In this document: one piece after another, positions 1 to 12,013 of the stretch | How the letters are laid out: every line of letters starts with the position of its first letter | Numbering within the stretch: position 1 is the stretch's first letter | Made by a program: the position numbers and the translations under genes | DNA from: Corallochytrium limacisporum Hawaii | Lineage: Eukaryota; Protista; Pluriformea | DNA: 64,000 nucleotides | Reading direction: 5' to 3' | Assembly: GCA_002811645.1 (NCBI GenBank) | Contig: PDIP01000045.1 | Coordinates: 25,981 to 89,980 of the forward strand | The notes under the pieces: generated by a model | The model's database searches: none | The model's input: the letters and a program-made list of their open reading frames with translations, nothing else | Told to the model about the DNA's origin: nothing

Positions 1-3000
1 GCGACAGGACGCTGGGGACGACCCAACGAGAGGGAGGGAATCAGCTGGGGAGGAGATGAACAGTTTGCCAAATGCACCAAAGATGCGCAAGTTTCCAGTG
101 CATGAACGGGCAAACACTGGGTGGGTACAGAAAACACCCGATCCACCCTGGCTGCGTGCCCAAGAGAAATCGGCGATCCCGAACCAGAGCATGGAACCGT
201 TCTCATCGAAGATTATACTGCTATCCAAATCCATTTGCTTCAAGCTACTAGTGACGTGAATTGGAAGCGATCGGCAACTGGTCCCGTGCACTCATCACAG
301 GAACTGCCCGTCATTAAACTATGTAAATGATGTATATTGTTTTTTCTGCCAATTTTATACGTGAGGTATTCGAAAGATCTAGTACTCCTGGCGGTTGGAT
401 CGAATATGAATGCAAAATAGGCCGAAGACGGACTAAATACTATTTGCTTCGCGGTTCATCGTATGCTTAGACACACTTGTACAGTAACGAATTGGGGAAG
501 TCTTCCCAACCGGCACCTCCGTATCGGTGGTTCCCACCGATGGACGTCCCAGCATCGCAATATGCAAGCTCCCTTACCCATCGATGATATAGCTTCAAAA
601 TTCGGGCCGCGAACTTGGTAGTGTCACTATAGAGCTAGGTAGCGCAAATCGAAACTGTGGGAGGGGTTTGCGTGCCGGCACAAGACTTGGACAGTATCAG
701 CACGCAAGACTTTGTGAAACTACAGAATGCTGTGAATCCTGTAAGGCATGGGACATTGCCCTGCCTATCCAAGTTGTTGGCAGGATACTCCGTGAATCAA
801 GTTTTCTGTCGACTTTGAAACCTAGGGAGGCTCTAGGTGTGTCGCGGTGACGCACAGAGGCGCTCGATGGTATTGGTGGCCATGCATGTCTGGTCCGAAT
901 TGGCTTGGAGTGTTGAATTCATCGAATACATCACAATTCACACACATCACAGACCTAGTCATTTCATTCTTTCATGAACCTGCAAGCATGCTCAAAGGAT
1001 GTCTATTCATCATGAAGTCGACTTAGTAGTAATACGGATGCAAATCCGATACAGCGGCTAGGATGATGCGGGGTGGTGTTGGAAGATGACAGTGGTAGCG
1101 AATTTAGTATTGCTATTAGCAAATATTCTGGTTGAGAACTGGTGTGGTTCATTGGCTGTAATGATGATGCTATGGCCTGTAGATTAGTGACCATGATGGT
1201 AGACAGGCTGCACAGTGTGCGCACACAAACGTGTTTTGCTATGATGATGATGTGCGCCGCTTGAGTGTGGGTGCTCTCGACATCTGCCGTAAAGTTCAAG
1301 TGCCGCGATACATATTCTTCATCATTTGAGCTATGAATAGTGTCTTGAGACGAAAATATGGAAGGAGACCATGAGAAACCATTCACAACCACCAGGTATT
1401 ACAAACAACTCGATCGACTTCTTGAGCGCTTCTGGCAATCTCCGTGCAGAATAATTCATTCTTTCAATATTGCATGCCTTGTACTTTCTCTGGCTTTCTC
1501 TCCGTGTCGCTAATCTACGTCAGTCCCTTCTCCCGCGGGGTGATGATTTCAATGTCCATTGGCTGAATGCTTCGTGCCTGCGTCCATGTGTTTCTTCTCA
1601 TCTTCCGTTGCTTTGCTATAGATAGAAGTACCACGAATGAAAGGGAAGAAAAAGCCGTACGTTCCTTGGATGGGGCCGAGCTTCTGCTACGCGTCAACAA
1701 AGATATGATTACGCCGGAGCGTTGAACGTGGTTGAAGTGGTGGATGGGAATGAGAGTTGTAAATCATTTATCTTCGTTGTTTTGGTTGTCTTCGTCTTGG
1801 TTTTCAGTCTGTTGACATCCACCAAAGTTTCAAACAGGTCCCTTACCTTGAATTCGGATGGACAAGCCTTTGGCTCTCACAAGCAGAACAGAGAGACAAG
1901 CATTGTACGGATCCGTACGAGAGAGTCCGCGGTTGAGTGGGCTGCCAGTAACGACTTCCCCATCTATGTATATAGAATGTATAGATGGACCTTCCTGTTG
2001 GGTGGGGATGGGGCTAGAAGGATCGCAAGAGGACACCGTCTATGGATCCCATCTTTGCGCACCGTCGAGAATTGCTTTATGACTTCACCGTCTCTCAGGG
2101 ATGTGCGTGTCTGCGTGTGGGTGGCCGTGCCCTCCCCTGCACACCCACCAACTCGCAAACGCACTTCCATCCACTATATGCAATATACTATATATATATA
2201 ATTGACATTTTGTGTGCCCAATCAATTTTTCTATACAAATGCTCGGAGCTAATAACTAAATGTGGTGAAAACGGGAGCAAATGAAACTTCGGATCATCCC
2301 CACGTCGTCGAGCAATGTGCTGCCTCGGAGCTCTCTCGATTGATATGTTTTCACCACTACCCTCAACTGCAAAATTGTGTGGCACGGTAGGTGAAGCCGG
2401 TGGCTCCCTCGGTGCACACGATCCGGTGTTAATCAAATCGTTCCTACTGCCCCAAAAGCGATTCAGTACTCGCTTCCCAAATGTGCAGCTTCGAAGCTTG
2501 TTTTAGCGTTCGGCTTGGGTGATTGTGATCGGCAGTGGAACTAACGTCGTAGTCCGACACCTTGCGTGAATGTAATCACCAGCAGACCTCTTTATCATAA
2601 ATCAGTTTAAAAAACATTCTTCGACGGTTTTGGCTGCAAATTTCTGCGCCCGTCTGGGGCTACTGGTTTCCGGTCCTGTTGCGGACAGCCTTGAAGTTCC
2701 GAAGGGACATTCGCACATTCGACCTCGTACCGAAATACTTGCCATTTCAGTCAAGTTCCACGCTGTGTGTGTGTGACAATAGTGTTCGGCCTTTCCCGTG
2801 GCGGTTTAATCTTTTTGCCTCGCCCTGTTTCTTTCAACTCTTTGTTTAAGTTCTGTTTCTAACAATTTGGGTTACTGATCGTTGCCCTTCACAACGGCAA
2901 ATGGCAATAAGGTTTCGCAACCCCTCAATTTCGAGCGCACAGAAACTGGCGAAATACCCAGTGAAAAGAGGCACACCGGAAAAATCTTGAAGGTGGTCGT

Positions 3001-4828
3001 CAGGTCAGAATGAGTGCGCAGTAGTGGAAGCGTAGGTTCCGTATCACGACGGAAATCGCCGGGTTTCAGCCGAGATGAGTGCGACAAATATGTGTAGCCG
3101 TCCACCGTCGAGCGATGAAATCGTCTCTAATGCGACACTCGTGATTCCATACAATTTCTATTGAATATGAGCAGCAAACGAGCAGGATCCGGACGGATCA
3201 AGAGACCGTTCCGGTAGAAACACAAAAAGTCGGGATACACAGAGTCCTTTTTCGGCAAAACAGACTGAGGAACAAGGGCAATGGGGAACCGGGATGAAAA
3301 CTGCCGAATTCGCTACTATAGGATTATCTGCGTACTCCAGCCTGAGGTGGCTGAAACGAAAGCCGAAGATTTTATGCCGGACTGGTCAGAATCTCTAAAA
3401 TTTCTTCTAACCCATCTGAAAAATGCGTCGAAGAACCTGCGAGAATATGCAGGATGGAAAGAAGCCAGATGGAATCTTTCTTTCTGGTCCAAAAAAAAGT
3501 GAAATACGAGAACAAAACGAGAGAAACATCTAACTAAAGAGCGCATCTATCTTTCATGTTACGTATAAGAGTGTCCCTTCCCCCCTCCCCCCTTCCCCGG
3601 CGGGCCCGCGGGCGGGAGCTCCACTATGTTTAGCTGTGGAATGTTTTTGCCCAGCGCCTACTGTTTTTTCTCGAAGCTAATCTCCTTCTATGGTTTTATC
3701 ATGGTTTTCTTTGTTCCTAGTTTTTCTTTCTTTATCACCGGATGGGAAATTGATCTCCGCGGGCGTTCACAAGTCTACCCAAAGCGGCGGCCACAAGCAG
3801 TACGCATTAGACATTAGTAATGGTTTCAAGACTCCGGCGCACCCACACAGAACTACCTGCGAGCACGAATGCTACGTCGCAGCGAGACCACGTCGACGAC
3901 AGGAACACCGCGCAGAAGAAGGAGAAGAAAACTTGTTTGTGTGGCGTTGGACCCATCCACTGCGTGCGGAAAGGGAAAAGGCACCTAAATTTTTGGGAGC
4001 CGGGCAGTGCTGCCCTCCTGCCCCTTCGCCCAGGCAAAACTCACAGCTCATTCCGTCATCGCGCTCCTTGCTTTCTACACACGATTCTGGAGGGGAATTT
4101 TCCGAATAGGCAACAACGCTATGCAGAGAGCAGAAAGCTCTACGAAGCGCTCTCAAGCGCCACCTGGCAGGGCACCTGGGAACCATACGCTTCACGGGTC
4201 ACCGCACTGACTGTTTTGGGATTGATGGAACTCCTACATTGTGAAGGAGACCACTGCCGCCCCCGATGACTGCGGCAGCAGCTAAGTGCAGCTACCGTAT
4301 TGCTGTGTAGACGAATCTTTCCGACGCATCTCTAATACGTCCCCAGATTTCTGGGTACGGCTTTCGACAGTAAGTGGATACCGCTTAAAAAGCTGCCATG
4401 ATAATGCCACCCCCAAAATACATGCAGGAGAAGTATGTGACCAGTGGAAACCGGGATCTCAGGCATGCTCCCCGGCACAGAGAAACAGTGGGCCGAAAGA
4501 CGTACCTTCCAATCCAAACTAAAATCTATGTAAAATCAGAACATGTTTGCATATGAAATACTGACACCAATGATAGTAGTTGATTTCGAAAAAGCACTTA
4601 GTACAGATATGAAAAGAACATTTGATTCCTTGATGAGTTTTAACAGAATCGGTACCATCCCCGTGTGTGCAAGTCTTCTACCGGTGCGGGTGGTGGAGTC
4701 GAGGTTTTCATGCCATTCTGCGCAGTTATTTGGAATGTGCTTGGAGACCTTATCACAAATGTCTTACATTTCAGGATTGTGACGGGTAAGTATCCTTTAG
4801 CAGAAGTTCGTTTGTGTTCTGTTTCGAC

Positions 4829-5341
4829 ATGACCAACAGGAACTCTCCCAACATCCTGGTGGCTGGCACACCAGGTACTGGGAAGTCTACACTCGCTGAG
4901 CAGGTAGCGAACGATACCGGTCTGCGCTACATTAACGTCGGTCAGTATGCCAAGCAGAACGGTTACCTTGAAGGCTTTGATGAAGAATACCAATGCGACA
5001 TTCTGAACGAGGACGCACTGGAAGACGGGCTAGAAACTGAACTGCAAGAGGGCGGAATCATTGTCGACTACCACAGTGCAGATATTATTCCCGACATTTT
5101 GGACTATATCATTGTCCTCCGCACCAACAACACATTACTCTTTGATCGCTTGAAGGCCCGTGGATACACCGGAAAGAAATTTGACGACAACATGGAATGC
5201 GAAATTATGCAAGTGATTCTGGACGAGGCGCGCGAGAAGTTCGGTATGGACCGGGTGATTGAGTTGCAGAGTGACACCACCGATGACATGGAGGCTAACA
5301 TTGCGAAACTCAAGGATATGATAACAAACTTTAAGGCATGA
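4829..5341 (+). CDS. AK6: Adenylate kinase 6 / Fap7 (nuclear AK, 40S maturation)
   Basis: NILVAGTPGTGKST P-loop, IIVDYH motif, LFDRLKARGY and NMECEI..VILDEA typical of Fap7/AK6. First ATG at 4829. Confidence 0.93.
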   Translation: MTNRNSPNILVAGTPGTGKSTLAEQVANDTGLRYINVGQYAKQNGYLEGFDEEYQCDILNEDALEDGLETELQEGGIIVDYHSADIIPDILDYIIVLRTNNTLLFDRLKARGYTGKKFDDNMECEIMQVILDEAREKFGMDRVIELQSDTTDDMEANIAKLKDMITNFKA

Positions 5342-5412
5342 CGTAGGCGTTCGCTCAAAACTTTATGTTCTCCTGGAAAAATGATGGTGAGGAATCTGCG
5401 GCAGGGCACTAT

Positions 5413-5993
5413 CTAGTATTCTCTGCTTTCGTCGAGGTCTTGTCCGTTGTTCTTTGGCACAAACTTGGTGTATGCTGTAAACGACTCGCCAATGCAAGAA
5501 GCACAGTTAGCAAGGTTGTTCCGTCCAGTCAGTTTCTACAAGTGTTAAAGAAGTGATAAGAATGAGAATCTGCATACCAGTTGGAGCAATGCCGTCGACC
5601 CGTTCGTCGTAGAAACGTCTGTCCTGGCCTTCGGAGCAATAGTCCCAGTCCTGTGGCTCATATCTAAGACCATCGCTAAAGGTCATGGTGCCCTTTACGG
5701 CCTTGCCGCCTTTCCATTCGGCTTCATATTTTGCTCCGTTAATAAAGTACAGGGTACCCTTACCATGAAACTGGCCGTCCTTCAGCTCTCCGACGTATTT
5801 GGTTCCGTTGGGAAATTGGTAGGTACCGGTACCCTCGAGGCTGTAGATTTAAATTGGTTTCAGTGGTCATACCATGTTTGTTAGTTGCCGTTTATTGCAT
5901 GTCAGGACCCGATCTGACGCTGTCACATACAAACCGCCTGGAGGCCGGGTCGCCCCGCTGATCACCTTCGTAGCTGCTGCCAATTATATCCAT
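5413..5993 (-). CDS. MORN5: MORN repeat-containing protein 5 (three exons, absent from ORF track)
   Basis: Exons 5993-5935, 5840-5578 and 5474-5413 are joined by GT-AG introns with CTAAC branch sites. Product MDIIGSSYEG...LEGTGTYQFPNGTKYVGELKDGQFHGKGTLYFINGAKYEAEWKGGKAVKGTMTFSDGLRYEPQDWDYCSEGQDRRFY matches the MORN5 pattern. The last exon is less certain. Confidence 0.85.
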
Positions 5994-6655
5994 CTTTGGC
6001 TTGTGTCTGCCACAAGAACAAGTGTGCCAGATGATCACAAAGGCCGTAAATGGCTTGATCAGCCAAGGTGAAAGCGTCAGATACCCGCACAGGAGGCCGG
6101 AGAGTAAAGCCGGTGCACTGCGCACGGCCGCTCTAGCTGCGAAGGAGGGTGCCAGACCTCGTTCGCTAGCAATTTCGCCGTCGGTCGGATTTCGCTCGGC
6201 TGTTCGAAGTCTATCATATTCGCAATCAGCTACTGATTCGTTGATTTCTAGCGCCTTGGCAAAGACTCGCCATTTTTGTCCCAAGACGAACCACCGCTTC
6301 CACTCAATCTTTCAGTATAGAAATGTTCGTGAAACTTGCGAAGCCGGTTCCACTGATTCTACCAGCAGAAATTTTTTTCGCGCTGACGAAATAGTGTGTG
6401 TATCCAAGTGTGGCTTAACCGAGTTGCCCCCTCCCTCCCCTCCACTGTGACACAATGAGCACAAAAATACCGAATAGTGGGGTTGAGCACCGGCAGGAGC
6501 AAGTGAGCCAAGAGGGTATGTCGTGGCATTTGTGTTCGGGTTCTTGAAGCTTTCCAGTAGCTTCACTAGGATACGGTCACGAACGATACCGATCACCACA
6601 CGGCGCATCACTTTGTCACATTTATTTGAAGGAAAAATCAGACCTTAGCTGAGCC

Positions 6656-7108
6656 ATGGCTGATCATATGACTTCGAATGTGGAGGACATTCGCATTCTC
6701 GAGGAGCAGTACAACAATGAAGTCATCAAGAACGCTGGGAAGGTCAGCAGAGACACAAAGTTTGCCTATGCATGGGCATTGATCCATTCTCAGTATACTA
6801 AAGATGTGCAGTATGGCATTAAACTTTTGAACCAGCTTGTAGAAGAATATGGGAGCGATCGTGATATCCTCTATGCACTGGCTCTTGGGTACTCCAAATG
6901 CAGTGAATACCGAAAGGCTGAACAGTTCTGTGCAGCACTGCTAGAGAGAGAGCCAGAGAATAGACAAGCAAACAAATTACTTCAGGACATCCAAGAACGT
7001 CTCCGCAACGATGCCTTCGTTGGTGCAGGACTTGGCGCGGCAGCCACGATTGCTGCCGGTGCGTTGGCCTTCGGTCTCGTCAAGGCCCTTACCCGTTCCA
7101 AGCGGTAG
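6656..7108 (+). CDS. FIS1: Mitochondrial fission protein Fis1
   Basis: TKFAYAWALIHS...GIKLL TPR-like core, EPENRQA, and a C-terminal transmembrane tail followed by basic residues. Confidence 0.95.
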   Translation: MADHMTSNVEDIRILEEQYNNEVIKNAGKVSRDTKFAYAWALIHSQYTKDVQYGIKLLNQLVEEYGSDRDILYALALGYSKCSEYRKAEQFCAALLEREPENRQANKLLQDIQERLRNDAFVGAGLGAAATIAAGALAFGLVKALTRSKR

Positions 7109-7300
7109 GCGGGGCTAGGTATGCCAGTAGCGCCACTATCAGGATCCAAAGCTTGTGACCCTTGTCATGTTAATCACCCAATTCGTATAGCCAATATATT
7201 TCATACCGTGCATTCCCAGGAAGCAGTCACCCATTCTCCTGGAAGTCTACCCCACCGTAGGATGCGACTGGCTTTTGCCCGCCTTCCCCCCTCCGCCCGC

Positions 7301-7514
7301 NNNNNNNNNNNNNNNNNNNNNNNNNNNNNNNNNNNNNNNNNNNNNNNNNNNNNNNNNNNNNNNNNNNNNNNNNNNNNNNNNNNNNNNNNNNNNNNNNNNN
7401 NNNNNNNNNNNNNNNNNNNNNNNNNNNNNNNNNNNNNNNNNNNNNNNNNNNNNNNNNNNNNNNNNNNNNNNNNNNNNNNNNNNNNNNNNNNNNNNNNNNN
7501 NNNNNNNNNNNNNN
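7301..7514. other. Assembly gap (N run)
   Basis: Run of N flanked by C-rich tracts. Confidence 1.
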
Positions 7515-7761
7515 CCCGCCCCTTTCCTCTTTCTGTATGTGTGCTGTTCGCGCCAGGCCCGTCCGGACTCGAGTGCAAACTACGGTCCTATTGTTGTGCT
7601 CTCATGCAATGGCCTATTTCAAGTCAACGATGATCATTTGCGTTACATAGACAGTACGAAGCTCTGTAGTAGTATGAGATAATCTGACGGTGTCCAATAC
7701 TTATATGTTAATGCTGTTTTACACTGCATTTTCCTGTCACTGCAACTGGTAGGGGCTAAAC

Positions 7762-10700
7762 ATGTCACGGACACCGGAATCGTCCTTCAGTGTTGGCGAT
7801 CGGGTCACTGTAAAAGGTGAACATGTCGGTGTCATTCAATACATCGGTGAAACCGACTTCAAGGAAGGAATCTGGTGCGGTGTCGTGCTGGGCACGAAAG
7901 ATGGTCGCAATGATGGCAGTGTGCAAGGTAAACGTTACTTCAATTGCCAGCCCGGTTACGGAGTCTTCGTCAGAGCTTCACAACTAGCTGTTGTGGAGAA
8001 GAGCCCAACAAAGGCGTCCATCCGAGGAGGTTCTGGAATACCTCGTCGCAATCAAGCTTCTCCGTTACCGAAATCTGTGGAAGGGACACCACAACGGACA
8101 CCACAACGGACACCTGTCTCGGAGACCAAATCAATGATGCCCGTACGGAGGACAGTCCCACCATCCTTGCAAGCATCACCACCAAAATCTACCAAAGATG
8201 TGTACCAGGAAGCTGAACAGCTTCAACAACAGATTACTAAACTTGAGTCTAAGATTCTGGACCTCGAGGTTGCACAAAAACGGTCAACTGAGATGTATGA
8301 AAAGCAGATCGCTGACGCACGGTCGGAAGCACGTTCGGATGGACAAAAAGCGTCAGGATTTGAAATGAAGGTTCAACATTTGGAGACACAGAACAAAGTT
8401 CTTCAGGAACGTGTTGCATCGCTTCAGACGGAGACGCAGGAATTTCGAAAGGGCAAGGATGACCTGGAGTCCCAGGTAAATCGGTTGACAGAGCAATTGA
8501 AAGCAGCGAACGAAGGTTGTGAGTTAGCTGGCCTGGACAAAGAAATGGCAGAGGAAGAGCTGGCAGGTCTTCGCATTGAATTTGAAGAAAGCCAGTTGCG
8601 TGTGGAAGAATTGGAAGCTGAAGTCGCCGACCTCCAATGTGCTGGTGCTACTTCTGGGATGGTGGATGATGACGGCCCAGGTATGGATGGTAGTGCGCGG
8701 ATGGCACAAACGCAAAAGCAGATCGATCGGTTGAAGGACGCTTTGCTACGACTTCGGGAGAAGTCCCAAATGGATGCAAAGATTGCAGAGGCACAGATCA
8801 AGGAGCTCTCTGCCCAGGCCACAAAGGCTATTGAACTGCAGGACACTGTAGAACGGCTCCAGGATCGGGTGAACACTCTGGAAAGCAGTGAAGCCGAGTT
8901 GAAGTCTCAGCTGGATATCCTTGCTGGCTCAGAGGACATGATTGCCAAGCTTTGTGATAAGCTGCTGACGCTTGAGGACCAAACACGGGAGCTTAAGGAT
9001 GCAAATCGAGATCTTGAAGACTTGCTAAGAATGCAGGAAGAACTTGAAGATGGGCACATTGAGCAAGAGAAGGCATTGCAGTTGGAGATTGATGAACTCT
9101 TGGCGGAACTGCAGAGGACAGAACTCCACCACTCACAACTTCAAATTGCTCTTGATGACTCGGAAGCTACCGTGGTCAAAATGAGGACCAAGATGGCAGA
9201 TCTTGTGACTTCCCTCCGTGTAATGAAGGAAGACACAGGAAAGGATATCACCGGATCTGAGCACTCCAAGGATGCTGATGAGTTTGGTCAACCTGCCAGC
9301 AAGTCTCGCCTTGCGAGCTACATTGATAAGGAACTCGCGCGGTGTACCACCGAACATAGCAATGTCCTCAGTTCTGTGGCATGGTCACTTTTGCCGAGTT
9401 TCTTCCATGGACCGGGTGGCATTGGCGTTGCTCTGCAAAGCCTCTTGAATCTGAAGGCCACAAAAGACTTTCTGCGGATTATCCAAGCGTGTCTCCAGGA
9501 CTTTGGAGCGGGGAACGATGCACCGATTATGTTCGCTCTCGACCGGGCGTCCATTGGAGAAGAGCATAAACCGAGCCAGAGTCAAATTATGGCATATCCC
9601 GTTGCTACGGCCGTGGGCTGTCTCAACGTCAGACTTGACAGCATTGCAAGGTACTTTAGTGCAGCAAGTGAGTCCGAGGACCTGTTCCATCTGCGCCGGA
9701 ATTTTGACTTCAATGATCTGAGATCGTTGAACCGCTGCAGCGAGGCGTTAGAGAAAGCCAAATCTATCCTGCTGGCACTTGTTCTCGAGTTCAAGGCTAT
9801 CTCGCAGTTGCAATCTCCTCCTGGATTAGAAAAGTTTGGGCAAATGTCCGACGACGTCATGGAGATCTGCCGTGACCTCGATGGCTCGCTAAGCACTATC
9901 GGCGACAGTGAGATGGACAGCATACGAACGTTTGCTACTCAGGAAGGCGTCCCTATGACAATCCTTGGGTTTAGAAGCGATGACGCTGACACTATTGTCC
10001 TTGGACGAACGTTTGCTTTGGAGTGCTCTAACCTTGAGCATCAACTAGGGTCCCTGTCAGTAATCCTCTCAACTGAAACGGACAGGTCGGACCAACTGTC
10101 GGGTATCCTCAATGACACAATGGTCCCCATGCGTCAAATTCTTCGTCAACTCTCCCGACACGCAGTACCCGAAAGGAATGGCGCAAGCACCATGGAATTT
10201 GTTGGAATTGCGAGCGAGTTTGCCAGGGAGATATCTAACTGTTCGCAGTATGTGCAAACAGTGCTTCTTAGGGCCACTTCTGATCCTGTCTCCGTGTTGG
10301 AATCACCTGATTTGGCTGCTGTGATTGAGACAATTGAGTCATTGTCACGGACGAGTAAACACATGCTGGAAAAACTTGATGGCGGGGAGATGAGGTACAC
10401 TATCGCCCCACAGACCGAAGCGGATTGTGATGCCAGTGCCGAGACCGTGATTGGTGTGGTGAGGCGGTCACTCCAGCAGAGCTTTGAGAGTTCTTCGGCC
10501 TTGGAAGATCAGTATGCTGAGCTCCAGAAGGAAGCGCAGAGTCTGCAGGAGCAGCTTCAAAAGCGCAATCGTGAATTCCAATCCACAAGGTTGAGGCTTG
10601 ACCACATCATGAACAAAGTGGAGGTGCTACAGTCCAAGGCTGACAGATATGAAGCCTTGCAAGAGGAGCTGCGAATCGCGCGAGCAAATCAGCGCAAGAC

Positions 10701-11481
10701 AGAGCACAATTTGTCTGAGCTGCACAGTGAGATGAATCGTGTTGAGGAGGAGAATAGTAATCTCCGAGCTCGTTTACGTGGTAGACCAACAGGAGACTCT
10801 CCATTGGGTGAACGAGTTTCCAAGGTAAGTGCGAAAACGACTCCAGTCTCCACTCCTCTGAAGGGCGCAGAGGCCACTGACCCTGCCCGGCAGATTCTTC
10901 GCCAGACAGTAGCTCCAGGTACGAGTTCTTTGGAGGCCACAATTGATCTACTGAGGCAGCGCAACAACGCCCTACGAGCATCTGCTTTGGAAGCTCGCAT
11001 GCTTAAGATGACCTCAGCAGGATTCAGTGCTACTAGTGCACTGCGTCCAGTTCATTATGAGCAGGAGCGCATCAAGACAGTTGCTCACCATCTCAAAGAT
11101 CTCAATTCTGCGAACAGAAAGTGTGGTGGAGTCATCCGGATTGGTTCAACTCCTCAAGCAGAACAAGATGCTGCTATTCACAAGCAAACTGTCAAGTCAT
11201 TGTCAGATCGTTCGTACCCCCTGTCAAAATCATCGATCAAGAGTCACACACGCTGTCATCGACTTTGGGAGCATGCTGCGGAACGTAAGGCCGTTGTCTC
11301 GCAAGCTCAGAGCCTGATGGCCTCAGTTAAAGAGATTATGGAGAAGGGACATGTGCCGGATGGCAAGCCAGTTCTCACCATCGCTGTGCCCGTTGCAGAA
11401 AGCGATGCATGTGTATCATTTGCTGCTAGTCTCAACCCCTCTAATCTCCACCGGATCCAACGGGGAATCTTCGGCCTGTGA
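7762..11481 (+). CDS. DCTN1: Dynactin subunit 1 (p150Glued)
   Basis: N-terminal CAP-Gly domain (GRNDGSVQGKRYF), Ser/Pro-rich linker, CC1 coiled coil with ELAGLDKEMAEE and RLKDALLRLRE, and a second coiled coil. 1239 aa. Confidence 0.93.
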   Translation: MSRTPESSFSVGDRVTVKGEHVGVIQYIGETDFKEGIWCGVVLGTKDGRNDGSVQGKRYFNCQPGYGVFVRASQLAVVEKSPTKASIRGGSGIPRRNQASPLPKSVEGTPQRTPQRTPVSETKSMMPVRRTVPPSLQASPPKSTKDVYQEAEQLQQQITKLESKILDLEVAQKRSTEMYEKQIADARSEARSDGQKASGFEMKVQHLETQNKVLQERVASLQTETQEFRKGKDDLESQVNRLTEQLKAANEGCELAGLDKEMAEEELAGLRIEFEESQLRVEELEAEVADLQCAGATSGMVDDDGPGMDGSARMAQTQKQIDRLKDALLRLREKSQMDAKIAEAQIKELSAQATKAIELQDTVERLQDRVNTLESSEAELKSQLDILAGSEDMIAKLCDKLLTLEDQTRELKDANRDLEDLLRMQEELEDGHIEQEKALQLEIDELLAELQRTELHHSQLQIALDDSEATVVKMRTKMADLVTSLRVMKEDTGKDITGSEHSKDADEFGQPASKSRLASYIDKELARCTTEHSNVLSSVAWSLLPSFFHGPGGIGVALQSLLNLKATKDFLRIIQACLQDFGAGNDAPIMFALDRASIGEEHKPSQSQIMAYPVATAVGCLNVRLDSIARYFSAASESEDLFHLRRNFDFNDLRSLNRCSEALEKAKSILLALVLEFKAISQLQSPPGLEKFGQMSDDVMEICRDLDGSLSTIGDSEMDSIRTFATQEGVPMTILGFRSDDADTIVLGRTFALECSNLEHQLGSLSVILSTETDRSDQLSGILNDTMVPMRQILRQLSRHAVPERNGASTMEFVGIASEFAREISNCSQYVQTVLLRATSDPVSVLESPDLAAVIETIESLSRTSKHMLEKLDGGEMRYTIAPQTEADCDASAETVIGVVRRSLQQSFESSSALEDQYAELQKEAQSLQEQLQKRNREFQSTRLRLDHIMNKVEVLQSKADRYEALQEELRIARANQRKTEHNLSELHSEMNRVEEENSNLRARLRGRPTGDSPLGERVSKVSAKTTPVSTPLKGAEATDPARQILRQTVAPGTSSLEATIDLLRQRNNALRASALEARMLKMTSAGFSATSALRPVHYEQERIKTVAHHLKDLNSANRKCGGVIRIGSTPQAEQDAAIHKQTVKSLSDRSYPLSKSSIKSHTRCHRLWEHAAERKAVVSQAQSLMASVKEIMEKGHVPDGKPVLTIAVPVAESDACVSFAASLNPSNLHRIQRGIFGL

Positions 11482-11960
11482 GGCCGAGGTGAATGCCACA
11501 CACTGATGAAACTTAAATTGTACGCGCCGCTATGCTGACACTGTATTTGAAATGATGACCCTGGTGGTCGCTGATTATTCGTGATACGGCAATGTTTGAA
11601 ATTGCAGACCCGACGTCCATAATTTACCCAATGTACACATTAGACTAGATCCTTACGTAGAGTGTCTGCAATGACGAAATCAAGGAAAGGATTTTAACAA
11701 GTTGGCAATTATTTTTACGTTCTGCTCACTTATCTCGCTTCCTACCGCCCGGCCCGTTCAGCCCAGCAGAAACTTTTCGGGCCTTTACTAATGGAACCTA
11801 AGAACAACACATGGCCACGGCGCCACCCACCCCCACCACCAACCCGACCAGTTCCCACTCCCAGTCCTTCCGGGCCGGTTTTTTTTTCTCTTGGTGTAGA
11901 GCGTACTGAGCCATGTGGCGCACCCTCTCCACACCCCCCCCCCCGGGGGGGGGGGGGGGG

Positions 11961-12013
11961 NNNNNNNNNNNNNNNNNNNNNNNNNNNNNNNNNNNNNNNN
12001 NNNNNNNNNNNNN
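11961..12013. other. Assembly gap (N run) within C/G homopolymer tracts
   Basis: Run of N with CnGn on both sides. Confidence 1.

Noticed and set aside
2-259. Open frame at the window start
   Set aside because: It could be the 3' end of an upstream gene, but there is no motif to support a call.
7121-7682. ORFs spanning the N gaps (also 11742-12435)
   Set aside because: Artefacts of reading through N runs and C/G tracts.
7627-7687. C/D-like unit upstream of DCTN1 (CGATGA...CTGA, CATTTGCGTTAC resembling an LSU complement)
   Set aside because: Degenerate box C, no terminal stem, and no convincing D' box position.
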